DNA of 64,000 bases from assembly GCA_021613535.1 (NCBI GenBank), contig CP075495.1, positions 10,106,001-10,170,000 of the forward strand, in the 5' to 3' direction. The stretch is from Adineta vaga. Its lineage: Eukaryota; Animalia; Rotifera. Both the position numbers and the translations under genes were made by a program. A model generated the notes under the pieces. It had not been told where the DNA came from. It saw only the letters and a list, made by a program, of their open reading frames with translations, and did not search any database. Below are positions 27,089 through 41,075 of the stretch, piece by piece (position 1 is the first letter of the stretch; each line of letters starts with the position of its first letter).

Positions 27089-27199
27089 TCTTAATAATTA
27101 TTCTTAATATTTTATTTGTTTTCTTTTGCATCATCTTTTCTTTTCCTTTTTCTAATCGTACTATTTTAGATGCGTATTTAAATATATTGTCAGTATTTT

Positions 27200-30100
27200 A
27201 TGGCAAGTAATCCTCTTATGGCAGCTGCCCATCAAATTAAAGAAACATTATCCGATGCCATGAATCGTCTTGGAGTCGGCGGAAACCATCAAAATACAAC
27301 GACGACGATGTCAACTGGTCAATCAAATGAAAATACAAATACACGTCATCTATCTTTAGATACATCAAACATGGCAAATGATAATGAACAATTAAATCTA
27401 CAAATTATTTAACAAATTATCGTAGTGGATCATTACAAAATATAAAAGTAGCTATTCCATCAAAATTTCGTTCAGTTATTACTGAACAATTTGCTCATTG
27501 TGAAAATAATGTTCGTGATACAACACAATCGAAAACAGATATGTGTAATCAATATATCTTTGTTGATACAGCAAGTCCTGCTCAACGTCAATATCTGTTT
27601 CTTGATACGCCTGGCCTATCAGATACACGTGGAGCAGAACAAGATAATGTCAATATGAATAAAATTATTGATGGAGTATGTAATATCTTCAAATTGAATC
27701 TAACATTATTTAGTTTATTCTAGGTTGAATCATTAGGTGGTCTCTCAGCAGTTATTATTGTTGTTAATGGTACAACAGGACGTTTGACATTAAATCTTCG
27801 TAATGTTATTGCACGTCTTCGTGGTAATTTACCTGATGTTGTCATGGATAATGTTATTGTCGTTCTAACCAATGCTAAACGACATGAAGCAAATTTTAAT
27901 ATATCATCTCTTCAATTACATGGTACAGTTTATCCATATTATATGCAAAATTCTGCATTTTCACAAGATCCAAATACATGGGATCAAGCAGCACTTGATG
28001 CTTTACAATTTGATTGGGATGCATCCATGGATGAATTAAAACGAATGATTGAAACGATTGATACATTCAAAATAAAATCCGTTACTGCATTTAAAGATAT
28101 GAAAGATATACGTAATGCAATTAAAGCATTAATGCATGAAGCACGATTAGAAGTTTCTCAAATACAAAAAATGCAAGATGAATTAGCAGCGTTTGAACAT
28201 GCACTTAAACAATATAAAACTGATGAAGTAACATATAAAAGATTATACACGTGAACGAGTCGTAGAAACAAAAGAATTAGTTGATGCTAAATATCATTCA
28301 AGTTAATATCGATTAATTCCTTCTTAAAATCATATCAACTCATTTTATTTTGTTTCTATTCTTCTAGCTGTTTGTCGTAAATGTGATCATGTTTGTCATG
28401 ATAAATGTGGTCTTCATGAAACAACAACACACGGAAATCGAATCTTTCAACGATGTTGGGCTATGTCTGCTGAAGGTCAATGTTATATTTGTCCATCAAA
28501 TTGTTTATATACGGAACATTATCATGCTCGAAAGACAATGAAAGTTAAACAGCAAAAATTACAAGATGTACTTCATGACATAAAAGCAAAATATGATTTA
28601 GCAGCACGAAATACGAATGATTTTCAATCACGTATAACAACTACTCAAGACGCAAAGAAAATGTTAGAACGTGCTTTGAAACAAAAACTTGAAGAAATCA
28701 AACATAAATGTGCTGAATTAAGACGAATTTGTAGTGGATTTAATTTAGCACAAGAATTACATGCATTAATTGATCAATTAAAAGCAGAAGCAACAATGTT
28801 AAGAAATATTGAAGCAAAACAACAGGCAGAAGAATTTATTCGTAGTTTAAGTGAATTTTGTCGACAACTTGAAGCAGATCAAGTAGCAAAACAAACATTA
28901 CCACCAATGCGTCTTGTTGATACATATACATCGAAACCACTGCGTTCAGCAGCAACAACAACAATGAATTCATCAAATGTTAGTTCACTTATATCTTCAG
29001 TATCAACAGAAAATACACCAAATTTAAATACAAGCGTACTTGATTTAATTACAAAATTAAATAAACCAAAAAAACCATTAGCAACTACGTCTGAAGATGA
29101 CGACGATAATGAAGAGAATAGTGATAATGACGACGACGATGATGATGATGATGATAATGAAAGAAGTCCACGAGAAAGACCATCGGCATCCTTACGTTCA
29201 AATCGAAATTTCCATCATAGCAATAGTCATGATAATCATCATGATGATGAAGTTAGTTCAATACATGATCGACGAAAACGACGACAATCAACTTCAAATA
29301 CTGCTGCTGCTACTACTACGAACAATAATAATTCCTTACAACAACAATATGCTTCATTAACAACATCAGATCTCGTGCATCGATATAATGACTGTAAAGA
29401 TACACGAAAATCAAATGCAATTTTAATTGAACTTAATCGTCGTTCACAAGGTAAATCAACAGGCCCACTTGTATCTTCAACTGATATTGGAACATTTGCA
29501 CGCTATACACAATTATATAGTTCACAAGATGCACCAACATTAAGTCATTTATATTTACAACTTCAACAACGAATTTCAAATATGACTGAACCCGACATAT
29601 TAAATATTGTTCGAGTACCTAATGATCTTCTCTTAGAAATTGCTGCTCTATATACGCTTATTGCACAAAAAAATCAACAACAACAACAGCAACACGGACA
29701 GAATCGTGATGGAAATGTAGCGAATGAATCAGCATTTGAACGGCCGCCCGATCATATTGCTTCAGCAATGATGATGAAAATGTCTACACCAGTTTCTCAA
29801 ACATCTACGAGCTATTATCTAGCATCACCTAATCAGCATCCAGGTGGAGCAATGACAGGTACTAACACTCTTTTCAAACCGATTCAGACAACGAATGGAA
29901 ATGATATCAGTATTCAAGCACTTTCATCACCACCAGCCACCACCACCACCGCCGCCGTCATCGTCGTTGTCTACACAACAACAACCATCAGTGCCATTTA
30001 CAAGTTTTAATGGTAAGATTTCGATAGAATTTTTAACAAAATATTTTGTTTCATAATTCGTCTCTAGGATTTCATATTGATAGTAGTAATAGTGTTAATA

Positions 30101-30732
30101 CTACTACACCATTTCAATTAGCATCACCTGCGCCGCCATCGCCACCAGCTCAACCATCATCTGCCTATCCATTATCATCAGGTACGACAATGCCAATCTC
30201 CACTACAGTTCCATTCGATCGATCTACAACTGGTTCACCATTTACATTCATATCACCACCATCAACTAGTGCAAATGAATCAACATTTGCCATTATAACA
30301 CCATCTGTATCAAATAAAGATGATTATACAATGATCAATATAGCACCAATAACAAATACCATCACGGATGATGATACAACGAACTTGAATACATTAGCAA
30401 ATGCAAGTATAACGCGTTTATTAACATTATATAATGATGCTAAATCTTCGAATAAAAATGCTCAATTATTTTCTATTTATCAAGAATTAGAACGTCGTTG
30501 TACAGGTGCAAATTGTCAACAATTAACAAAAGATTATGCTGCTGTATATGAAACAAAATTCAATGAATACGCACATAAAACAGTATTAGAATTAAAAGAA
30601 ATCTATGCTAATATCCAACAGCAAATACGTATACGAACAAATAATGATGCAACACATATCAATGATATACCAAAAGAATTAATTATTGAATCAGCTGCAC
30701 TTCTAGCAACTATTAAACAAAAAGACATTTAG
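27200..30732 (+). CDS. AIG1/septin-like P-loop GTPase, copy B, with coiled coil, low-complexity linkers and two helical repeats
   Basis: FLDTPGLSDTRG, same Cys cluster as copy A; introns near 27677-27723, 28302-28368, 30013-30068; extra A near 28240 relative to copy A, another frame break near 29940; Walker A missing near 27400. Confidence 0.8.
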
Positions 30733-31151
30733 TATATCGTTAGTTGACTATATATAAATATACATATTATCTAGTTCGTTTCTCTCTAACAGTTTATTCG
30801 TGTGTGAGTTTTCTTTTTGTTCATTTTTCTTTTCACATTAATCGTTTAATAAAATTATTAACATTTTAGCACTTAAGTAGATCATCTGTACAGATATTTT
30901 TTTCCTATTTCCACTTATTTTTATGAGAGAAAAGATGGAAAACATTAAAAATCGAATACTTTTTTTGGAAAGTTTAATATTAATTTTACAAACGACAAAA
31001 ATTTTTTTATCATTTCATTGTAAAGAACAAATTTATATCACGGTTAAAATTTCATATATTTGAATATTATTTTGTTATTATCACCAGAAAGTATATTTAT
31101 AGCGAAACAAGAAGAAATGAAAAGAAACTTGATTTATAAACAATTACATTA

Positions 31152-32950
31152 TCAATGATAAAGATTTCTTGTTAATCGTGTTCTTTGTAATTCCTGAGTA
31201 CGTCGACCTCGTCTTGCAATTTGTGTTTCACCATATTTAAATACTTGTTGCTGTAATTCAGGATTCATTGAATTGTCTGATACATTATGGGTACTAGTTT
31301 TATCTGTGTATAGAAAAAGAGAGAGAGAGAGAAAGAAGGATAAAACATTAGTTTTTTTAATCGAAATAAATAGGATCTTTCAATAACTACCTGATGTAAT
31401 TGGTGGTAAAACTAAACGATGTTCAGATGAACGGCGTCGACCATTCGATCTAAAAGTATTAGAATCATTATAAACAAAGGACGAATAATGAATATGAACA
31501 ATAATCAAAGCAAAGAAGTATCGATATATATTTAAGTGTAGAGCAAAGGCATAGACTACAATAACAGGGAGATTTGCATTGATACCTTGGTGTCACAAAG
31601 TGAGGCGGTGAAAGATTAACACGTCGAAGTGGTAATTCACTGTTTATGGATAATAATTATAGTTATCATATCAAAATAAAATGAAACTATTAAAAAAAAA
31701 CTAGATACATACTGTCGAAATGCTGCAGATTTGTTCGTCGTTGATGATGAATTTATATGCTGTTGATGTTGCTGATCTTCATTCACATATGAAATTTCAG
31801 TTGGTTCTGTTGTGGAACTTCCACTGATATTTGATGATGCTAAACAATCACGAATAAGTATTTTTGATGTTGAACTTAATCTTTCAGCATGAATTATTTC
31901 ACGTAACACAGCTCGTAATTTTGCCATCTAAATTAATAGTATCGACAATCGATTATTTCTTTTCAAAAATAATGATTACGAAATTACCTCTTGAATTTGT
32001 TGTCTTTGTTTTTCATAGGCGATTGTTAATAATCGTTGATAATCTGCTTCCGACATTTGTGATTGTTCTGATTTGATTGTTTTATTATTCATGGAATGAG
32101 TTATAGTTGCGTTTGTTGAAGCACTAGAGAAAAAACAAGACATAAATGACAATTTATACCGAATTTTTATCGTTAGGTATTACTTTGCGTCTGGTAATAG
32201 AACGGGTACGCCAGATGTAATTCTCTCTGGTGTTTCTACTGATGTTATTTTATTCATTTCATCAATTCGACGCATTAAATATTCATTTCTTTGTTCAGTT
32301 TCAATCAATCGTGTTCGAAGTTCATCGATTTGTTGTTCAAAATGAACGCGTTGCACTTCTTGTAAACGTTTTGCTATTAAGAGAGAAAAAAAAGTAGATA
32401 AACTAATGTAGAAGATTTAGAACTATCGTACCAAGAACTGGTTCATTTTGTGTTAGATCAGCTAATTGATTAATATTTGGGAATACTTCAGTTTTTCTTT
32501 GATTCTTTTCGGATGCAGATGGTACGCGAATATTTGCCATACGAAAATGAAGATCTACTCATCGAATTCGATACATATAGTCTATGATGAATTTCATAGA
32601 GATTTACCTCGATTTTCTTGTTGAAGTTTAGTAATCTCATTATGTAAATCAACGAGAGTGATTTCATGTTGGTTTTGAACATAACGAAGATTTCTTTCCA
32701 ATAATTCTATCCGTGAACGTGGATCAACAGCTGGTGCTGGTGGAGATGTTGATGGTGATGTATTGATTGTTGGTTCAGTACCTGTTGGTATTAAAGATGG
32801 ATTTTTCTTAATAACCAGACGAGATGCAGCAGGTGGTGGTAATCGACGTGAAGTTGCTTTCGACATATCACCATTGCCACCTCCAGAAGACTGAAGCGCA
32901 TGGTGATGAAGATCTGATATGCGCTCTTCGACAAGAGATTGTCGAATCAT
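31152..32950 (-). CDS. CCDC74/CCDC92-family coiled-coil protein (multi-exon)
   Basis: RIELLERNLRYVQNQHEITLVDLHNEITKLQQENR matches the family N-terminal coiled-coil pattern; C-terminal VLPPI...RRTQELQRTRL; several short GT-AG introns. Confidence 0.75.
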
Positions 32951-34030
32951 TTGACGATATTTTATTGAAATATCAATAAAATGAAGTCAATTCTAAAGTA
33001 AACAAATAAAATAAAAAAGTAAATTAAATGACAGAACAACCATGAACAAATCTTTATGTCATGGAAATCGTAGAGTATGTGTGAGAAAGATGTCGCTAAA
33101 TATTTTAATAAATGGAAGTATCTTTCGTGATAAGACTTTGTAAAGTTAGACTACAAACATTAAATACTAAGCTACAACATTTACGGACAGCAATCGATTT
33201 TTTCCTATCATTCTTTTCTACAAATAACCAAGAACCATACAACTTTTATACAAATATCAAATGAAAACAAGAAAATTCTCTTACGAAGCAATAGAAGAAC
33301 ATCTGTACACATAGTGAAAGGCTTCGTTAAGACTGTTGTTCGTCGACCAACACATATATTCTACGTGAATCAATAATTCTCTACTAAACATCGTCAACAT
33401 ATTGAAAGTTGTTGAAAAAATAGTCCATCACAACAAAGTTTTCAAACTGAGACTATATTGTACTTAAAAACATGTGTTCCTTTTCTGCACAACAACCTAT
33501 AACTTCAATGCCACAAAAGGAATAATCTTGATATCTAATGCAAGAGATCCTAGAACTTCTGTTTCCTCTGTATAAAAATTCATTTCCATTAACACAACAA
33601 GATGATTTTGTACTTTGTATGCGATTAAATTCAATCAAACAATGAACAGTATCACTAAAACTGCTTTCAGTTAAAATACTGACAATGTGATGATATTTAA
33701 AGTGAACGAGCAATTTTTCGTGTCAATTCAAAGAAAAAAAATCTTCTTTCTTCAGATAAGTGAAATATAAAAAGAAAAACACACTGAAATTCGAGACTAA
33801 ATCTTCCATAAACTATACACTGCTGGATGTTTTCAAATTTCATATATCGACTGTTAGCGACAACTATATTTTTACTTGATTCCATATCTCTTTTTCATTG
33901 TGATTGGTACTGTGTTTGATGAAAGAGAAAGAAAGAAGAAAAAACTGAAATTACGTTCGTTTATTCTATAATAATACACATTGAGATTGAGAACGAACAC
34001 TTAATTTGAATTTAATTGTTCATAGTTAAA

Positions 34031-36960
34031 ATGTTGAAATCAGAAGTCACTCGCGTTTCTGGTCAACCAGTTTCTTCGCGTCGTCGTTCACCATCCGACT
34101 CTCCTCGTAATGATAACTTATCGAAGCGATCTCGTCGAACACCAACTCCATCGTCAGAATCACAATCCGGTACTGACGATGATAATGATGGCAAAGATGA
34201 TCAACGACAAAATAGAAAGGATGACGAAGATGGTGAAATAAAATCAAAACCATCTGCTAAAACAACTACAACATCTGCTGTACCTCCACGTACTGGAGGT
34301 CTTTACATGCCACCAGCTAAACTTCGTTTATTACAGGTAAGATCATGTAAAATTATCAAACAAAATTATCTTAAACTCTTTCTCTTCTCTTTCAGGCTTC
34401 ATTAACTGATAAATCATCACAACAATATCAACGATTGGCATGGGAAGCACTGAAGAAAACAATCAATGGTCGAGTTAACAAAGTCAATACAGCCAATTTA
34501 CCGTTGATTATTCGTGAACTATTCAAAGATAATATCGTACGTGGTCGTGGTCTTCTTGCACGCGGTATTATTCAAGCACAAATTGCCTCACCATTCTATA
34601 CACATGTTTATGCGGCATTGGTTTCAGTAATAAATACCAAATTTCCACAAATCGGTGATTTAATTGTCAAACGTCTCATTTCAACTTTTCGTCGAACATA
34701 TCAACGAAATGATAAAAGCAATTGTTTAGCAGCAACACGGTTCATCGCTCATCTTGTTAATCAAAATGTCGTATGTATTCTTCTACAAGAAATGAATCTT
34801 TTTCAAACGATTGTTACTTATTATTGTTCCTTTCTATCTGCCTATTCTAGTTACATGAAATAGTGGCACTACAAATACTTGTTCTTTTACTTGAAAATTA
34901 TTCTGATGATAGTGTTGAATTGGCCATTGGTCTTATAAAGGAATGCGGTCAAAAACTATTGCAAGTCTGTCCACGAGGATTGGATTCAGTTTTCTCAACA
35001 TTACGAAATCTACTTCATGAATCATCATTAGAAAAACGAACACAATATATGATCGAAGTTTTGTTTGCTGTTCGAAAAGATCAATTCAAAGAAAATCCAG
35101 CAATTCAACCTGGTCTTGATCTGGTCGATGAAAACGAACAATACACACATATGTTATCATTGGATGATCCATGTGAACAGGAACAGGCACTCGGTAAATA
35201 TCATGAATAATTTTGAATTGATGTTAAAATGAATTATCTTTTGTGTATTTAGATGTATTCAAATACGATGATCAGTATGAAGAAAACGAAGAAAAATACA
35301 AAGAAATTCGAAAAACGATTCTGGACGAAGAAAGTGACGATGAATCTGGTTCGGGTTCGTCGAGTGATGATGATGATGAAGATGATAAAAAAGATGATGC
35401 TGACGAAGAAGAACAAGTTAATGAAGTTGAAAGTAAGCATAATTTTGTTGAATTTCTCGTTGTTTATCTATTTGATCTGACATGTATCGTTTTAGAAGGA
35501 AAACAAACAATCATCGATGAAACAGAAACTAATTTGGTTACTCTTCGTCGTACAATTTATTTAACTATTCAGTCAAGTATTGGTGCTGAAGAATGTGCAC
35601 ATAAATTGTTGAAAATGAATTTACGACCCGGTCAAGAAGTATGCTTGTTTTGTTTCGTTGTGAATAATTTCTCTAGTGATCGTTTGTTAAGATGGAACTA
35701 TGTCAAATGATTCTTGATAGTTGTGCACAACAACGAACATATGAACGTTTCTTTGGTTTACTTGGTCAACGATTTTGTTTGTTGAAGAAAGAATATATTG
35801 AATGTTTTGAGAAAGTATTCCAAGATCAATATGAAATTGTTCATCGATTGGAAAATGTTAAATTAAGAAATGTTGCCAAATTCTTTGCACATTTATTGGT
35901 GACTGATGCAATTTCATGGGGTGTATGTAGTCATTTTTTGTTTTGTTTCCTATTTTAAATTCTTGTTGTTCTTGTAGGTACTTCGTTGTATTCGTTTGAC
36001 TGAAGAAGATACGACATCGTCATCGCGTGTCTATATCAAGAACTTATTTTTGGAATTAGCCGAATATCTTGGTCTCACTAAACTCAACAATCGTTTAACA
36101 GATCCGTAAGACATCGTTAAGGATAATTTCGTGAATTGATTTTTCTTCTATTTTAGTACACTGACAGAATATTTTGAAGGTATTTTTCCTCGTGATAATC
36201 CAAAAAATACGCGATTTTCTATCAACTTCTTCACATCAATTGGTCTCGGTGGTCTAACGTAAGTTGATATCATTATTCTTCTTCAATCTTATGGTTTGGA
36301 TTCTGTTTTCATCTAGAGATGAATTACGAGAATTCTTACAAACAAATCCAACACCAGCACCAGCACCACTTCCACCGCCAGTTGCAATTAAAAGAGAAGT
36401 AAAAGATGAAGATGAAGATTACAAAGATAGTGCTCGTATTCAAGCTCGTCTCCGTGAACTTCAAGTGGAAAAAAAGAAATCGAAAAAAGGAAAAGACAAT
36501 AAACGCAAGAAGAACAACAAAAATCGTACGTAAAAGATATAAGGTTGAAAAATCAGTGATATTTGTTGCACCATATAGTTTTTCGCATACAATACAGTTA
36601 GAGATGATCTCAAACAAAAATCTGGACCATTTTTAAAATTTCATTTCAAATATATTTTTAGGCTCATCATCATCATCGTCATCGTCTTCTTCGTCAACAT
36701 CTGGATCATCATCATCATCATCATCTTCTTCTTCTTCTTCTTCTCCAGCGCCGCCTCCACCACGACCACCACCATCGTCATCATCGTCATCCCGTCGTGA
36801 ACGAGATGAACGCCATCGTCGACCAAAAAGTACAAAAGAAGATCGTCGTGAGCGTGATCATCGATCACCTAGTCCCGATCGGCGAAAAGAAAATCGTCAT
36901 CGTGATAAACGATCTCGATCTCCAGATCGTCGTCAGCAACAGAAATCATCGAAACGTTAA
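34031..36960 (+). CDS. CWC22: Pre-mRNA splicing factor CWC22
   Basis: [28 protein letters not shown] (MIF4G), [12 protein letters not shown]...[10 protein letters not shown] (MA3), [16 protein letters not shown], Arg/Ser-rich tail; about 8 introns. Confidence 0.97.
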
Positions 36961-37283
36961 GGATTTCTGTTTTTTTTGTTTTTTTCATTTATTGTGTATT
37001 CGTATTTCTTTTTCTGTCGTACAGTGTTTGTCTCATTAAGGAAAAATTAAATATATAAGAACAAAGAAATAATCTTTCTTTTTAATTTTGATCTTCCTCC
37101 GTAGCGACATACGAGAGTGGCGTAGTATTCAGTTAGTCATGTGCTGTCATACTTCAATGCCCATAGGTATTTGCAGTGAAAATGTAAATGATACAATACA
37201 AAATATAAGACGATATGGCAGATATTTATCGTAATTGAATGAATTGATTTGAAAATTTTTGTTCTTTGTTCTAGATAAAAGAG

Positions 37284-39614
37284 ATGTGTAAATTATATGT
37301 ATTGATCACGATAGGTAAATCGTTTAAATAACTTTTATCGAAATATCAGTAAGCATTTTATCTATTTATTGATTCAGTTTTGTCAGTGATTATTACAATC
37401 AATGGAAAATCATTGTTACAAAACAATTTTCCATCACGATATCATGTTAGTGGTGTTATTCAACTACCTTATGCAGAAATAAGTGAACCATTTGAATCAT
37501 GGATAGATGTGTCATTAGGTTTTTCTCGTATTGATTATTATGGTGGTTCGTGTTTTTCTTAATTGTTTTCAATTGCCATGTGACTCGCTATTTATTTCTA
37601 GGTGCAGCAAAAACCCTTCAACGAAAAGGTCAAAATAATGAAGATTTCGGTGCTAATTACAAGATTGTTCCTATATCCAGTAATTGAAAAGTTCGTCAAT
37701 GAATCTTTTATTTTCATAGTTTTACTCTAGCTGAAGAAGTTCTCAATAAAATCACTTGTTTTCAATCAAATGGTTCAAAAGAAGCATTAGCTGATATTCA
37801 ACATACTATTCCTGATATCAATTCATTTGAAGTTGATTTTTATCTATTGATTTGTTGTATTGACATAGTTTTTTTAATATTCCATTTTAGGATCTAGGTC
37901 CTTCGGAATGGCGTGGAATTAAATGTCAAATGTATCAAAGTATCGATCAAGAAGGAGATAAACGATCGACATATACCTATTATATTAATGCAGAAACGAA
38001 ACATCCAGTTCATTATGAAATGTTTGGTTATGATACATTGATTGGTTCACATTTTGATAAATATACAATTGATTATTATAATTATGATGAAGAACCTATT
38101 GATGAAAATCTCTTCCATATTGCAGATGGTAATTCAATATGAATACATTCTCTTTTCTAAATCATTGTTTCATTTATTTATTCATAGAAATGAAATGTAT
38201 ACCATTTCCAGATTCTGATAATGAACATACATCACCACGTGTTTTATTCAATCCAATGAGTGAATATATCAATCGTCATGGTGAAGATGATCTTGAATCA
38301 TCATTTGAAAAATTTAAAACTAAACATGGACATAAATATAGAGATGAACATGAACATCGTCATCGTTTGAAAACCTTTCGACATAATAATCGCTATGTAA
38401 ATACAAAAAATCGAGCTGGACTTCCATATAAAATGAAATTAAATAAATTTGCTGATCGATCTGTACGTATAAGATTTGATTAAAATGAATTTTCTTTTCT
38501 ATTCATAAGTGATTTTTGTATATAAGGATGAAGAATTACGTGTACTTCGTGGTCGTCGATATACCAAAGGTTATAATGGTGGTCTTCCATTTCCTATTGA
38601 AGAATTGACAAGTAGTAATGAAGCTATACCGGAATCGATTGATTGGCGTATTATCGGAGCAGTAACACCAGTTAAAGATCAAGGTATTTGTGGCTCATGT
38701 TGGACTTTTGGTACTACAGGTGTTATTGAAGGTGCTTATTTTGTGAAGGTAAAAGAAAAAGAAGAATGAGTTCATTTCATGTTTTGATTGTTTTTTTTTT
38801 CTTGCAATGAATAGCATGGTTCATCCATTCGTTTATCAGAACAAGGTTTAAACATTTTACATATGGATTTATATAGAAATAAAAACAATATTTTTCCCTA
38901 TATCATTAAATAGATTTAGTTGATTGTTCATGGGGCTTTGGAAATAATGGTTGTGATGGTGGTGAAGATTTTCGTGCTTTTCAATATATTATGAAACATG
39001 ATGGTATTGCTTATGAAGATACATATGGGCCATATTTACAAGAAGATAGTTTCTGTCATCATGATACAGCAACGAAAGGTGCAAGAATTCTCGGTTATGT
39101 GAATGTTACAGAAGGCAATGAAGAAGCTTTGAAAATTGCAATCGTTAAGAAAGGTCCAGTTTCTGTTGGTATGTATAAAAATAAATTCGATTTCATCTAC
39201 GGATTCAAGTTTTTTTCTTACCAAATAGGTATTGATGCTGCTCATAAAAGTTTTGTTTTTTATGCAAGTGGAGGTATGATTTTAATAAAATTTTATTTTC
39301 CTTTTCATTTTCTCTTTTGTTTCTTCTTTCTAGTGTACTATGAACCTGATTGCGGTATGAATATTTTTGTTATATCACCATTGATTTAGTAATTTGAAAA
39401 AAAAACGATTTATGTTGCTTTTTTAGGTAATAAACCTGAAAATTTAGATCATGCCGTATTAGCTGTAGGTTATGGAACATTAAATGGTCAAGATTATTGG
39501 TTAGTGAAGAATTCATGGTCAACTTATTGGGGTAACGATGGTTATGTATTGATGTCACGAAAGAATAACAATTGTGGTGTAGCAACAGCAGCTACATATG
39601 TTATTGTTGCATAA
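37284..39614 (+). CDS. Cathepsin L-like papain-family protease with long N-terminal extension (26/29-kDa proteinase type)
   Basis: Signal peptide, I29 propeptide (NKFAD), IDWR...[16 protein letters not shown] (catalytic Cys), [33 protein letters not shown]; many short introns. Confidence 0.95.
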
Positions 39615-39741
39615 AATGCATCTTCATATAGTCTTTGTCTATCTTTTCTAAAGATCTGCGTTTTTTCTTCTTTTCTGATGATTTTTATTCAAGCCTCATA
39701 AAGTAAAACAAAATATGAAAACAATTTTGAGTACATTTTTT

Positions 39742-41075
39742 TCAACAAACTGTAAATGGCCGTCTCCATCCATGTCCAGTAACTTGATAAATACCTCGAC
39801 AATATAAATACAATTGCTTAAATTGATTGGTCAAATTTCGACGTCGACTAGCCCATTCACTAAAACCACTTCGTGCCATAATTAATACATCACATTCTCC
39901 CAGAACATAAAAATCTGAAATAGCTTTTAGAAAACCTTGACACTGTTTTTGGGATGAAGAAGATGATGATGAACGATCAATATGCATAATAGGACCAGGA
40001 ATAGATATTGTTTGATTATTATCATATCGATTTAAAATATATTTATTTATTTCCAATGAATCACTCGTTATGAAAAGTAATGATTGTGCATTGATAGTAA
40101 GATTTGTTTCTATAAAATCGAGAATATCTTTTACCATTGTATCACGATAAGAACGTACTTCATCATTTATCATCGTTGGATTTTTTCCCATACGAATATG
40201 TAAACACATTAAGCGTTTTTGTAATCGATTACTATATTCTAAATTTAATAATAATTGATCAACTAAAGTTGTGACAGAATGTGTTGGTCGAAAAAGTATT
40301 TCATAAAGAAGTGGAAATAGACGAGCTTGTGTTGATTCTTCGGATGAAAAATTTAATAATTGAACAATATGTTGAATTTGTTTATTTGCTAGAGCAGGTC
40401 GAATATAATCACTATTTGTTGTTATATAAATATCATCATAGATGGACCAATCTTGAACAAAGTTTGATGCAGATATTCTTTCATAGATAACTCCTGCTAA
40501 TTGATTACTTTGTAGAGTTTTGATATAAAATTGACTCCGATTTGATCTATTGAAGTAGATTAATAATGAAATAAAGTTTGATTTCAAATGAAAATCTTAC
40601 TTCAATTCAACTGGTCGCCAATCATAAAGATTTGGTTGTAAAAATGTTGTTAAATTACATGGAAAAGGCATATCAATATAAAATCGTCGTCGACTAAGTA
40701 TGGCTAATAGATATGCAGATGTAATACCACGTAGTCGATCACCCCCTAAAAATCCTATAAAGTTAATGAACTAAATTAAAGATAAATATCATCTCGAATC
40801 TATTTACATCCACCGCATGATGCTCGACATCGATAGGTAATGGATGGTGTTTTATCTGAAGATGATCGTTCAAGTAACATGGAAAAATTTACATGATGGA
40901 AATGTTGTCGAAGTAAATGAAGACGTTCATCTATTCTATCGGATAAGATCTTTAATGGTACGAAAGTTGAGTTTGTTCTGCTTGAACAAAGACGAGATGT
41001 AAAAACAATGAATCCTGTAATGAAACATAGTATTAGGATGAATCGATACGAACGAAGATATCGCATTGTACGCAT
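39742..41075 (-). CDS. Fucosyltransferase-like type II membrane glycosyltransferase (GT-B, GT11/23/37-like motifs)
   Basis: TM anchor; spliced CGGWGDRLRGI; CLHIRMG (motif I), FITSDS (motif II), DFYVLGECDVLIMARSGFSEWA (motif III); two introns near 40807-40746 and 40601-40547. Confidence 0.8.

Noticed and set aside
28230-28245. Programmed frameshift or pseudogenisation in GTPase B
   Set aside because: It is one extra A in a homopolymer relative to copy A, typical of a long-read error.
33453-33885. Cys-rich small ORFs between the CCDC74-like gene and CWC22
   Set aside because: Non-ATG start for the Cys-rich ORF, no signal peptide, no convincing splice model or motif.
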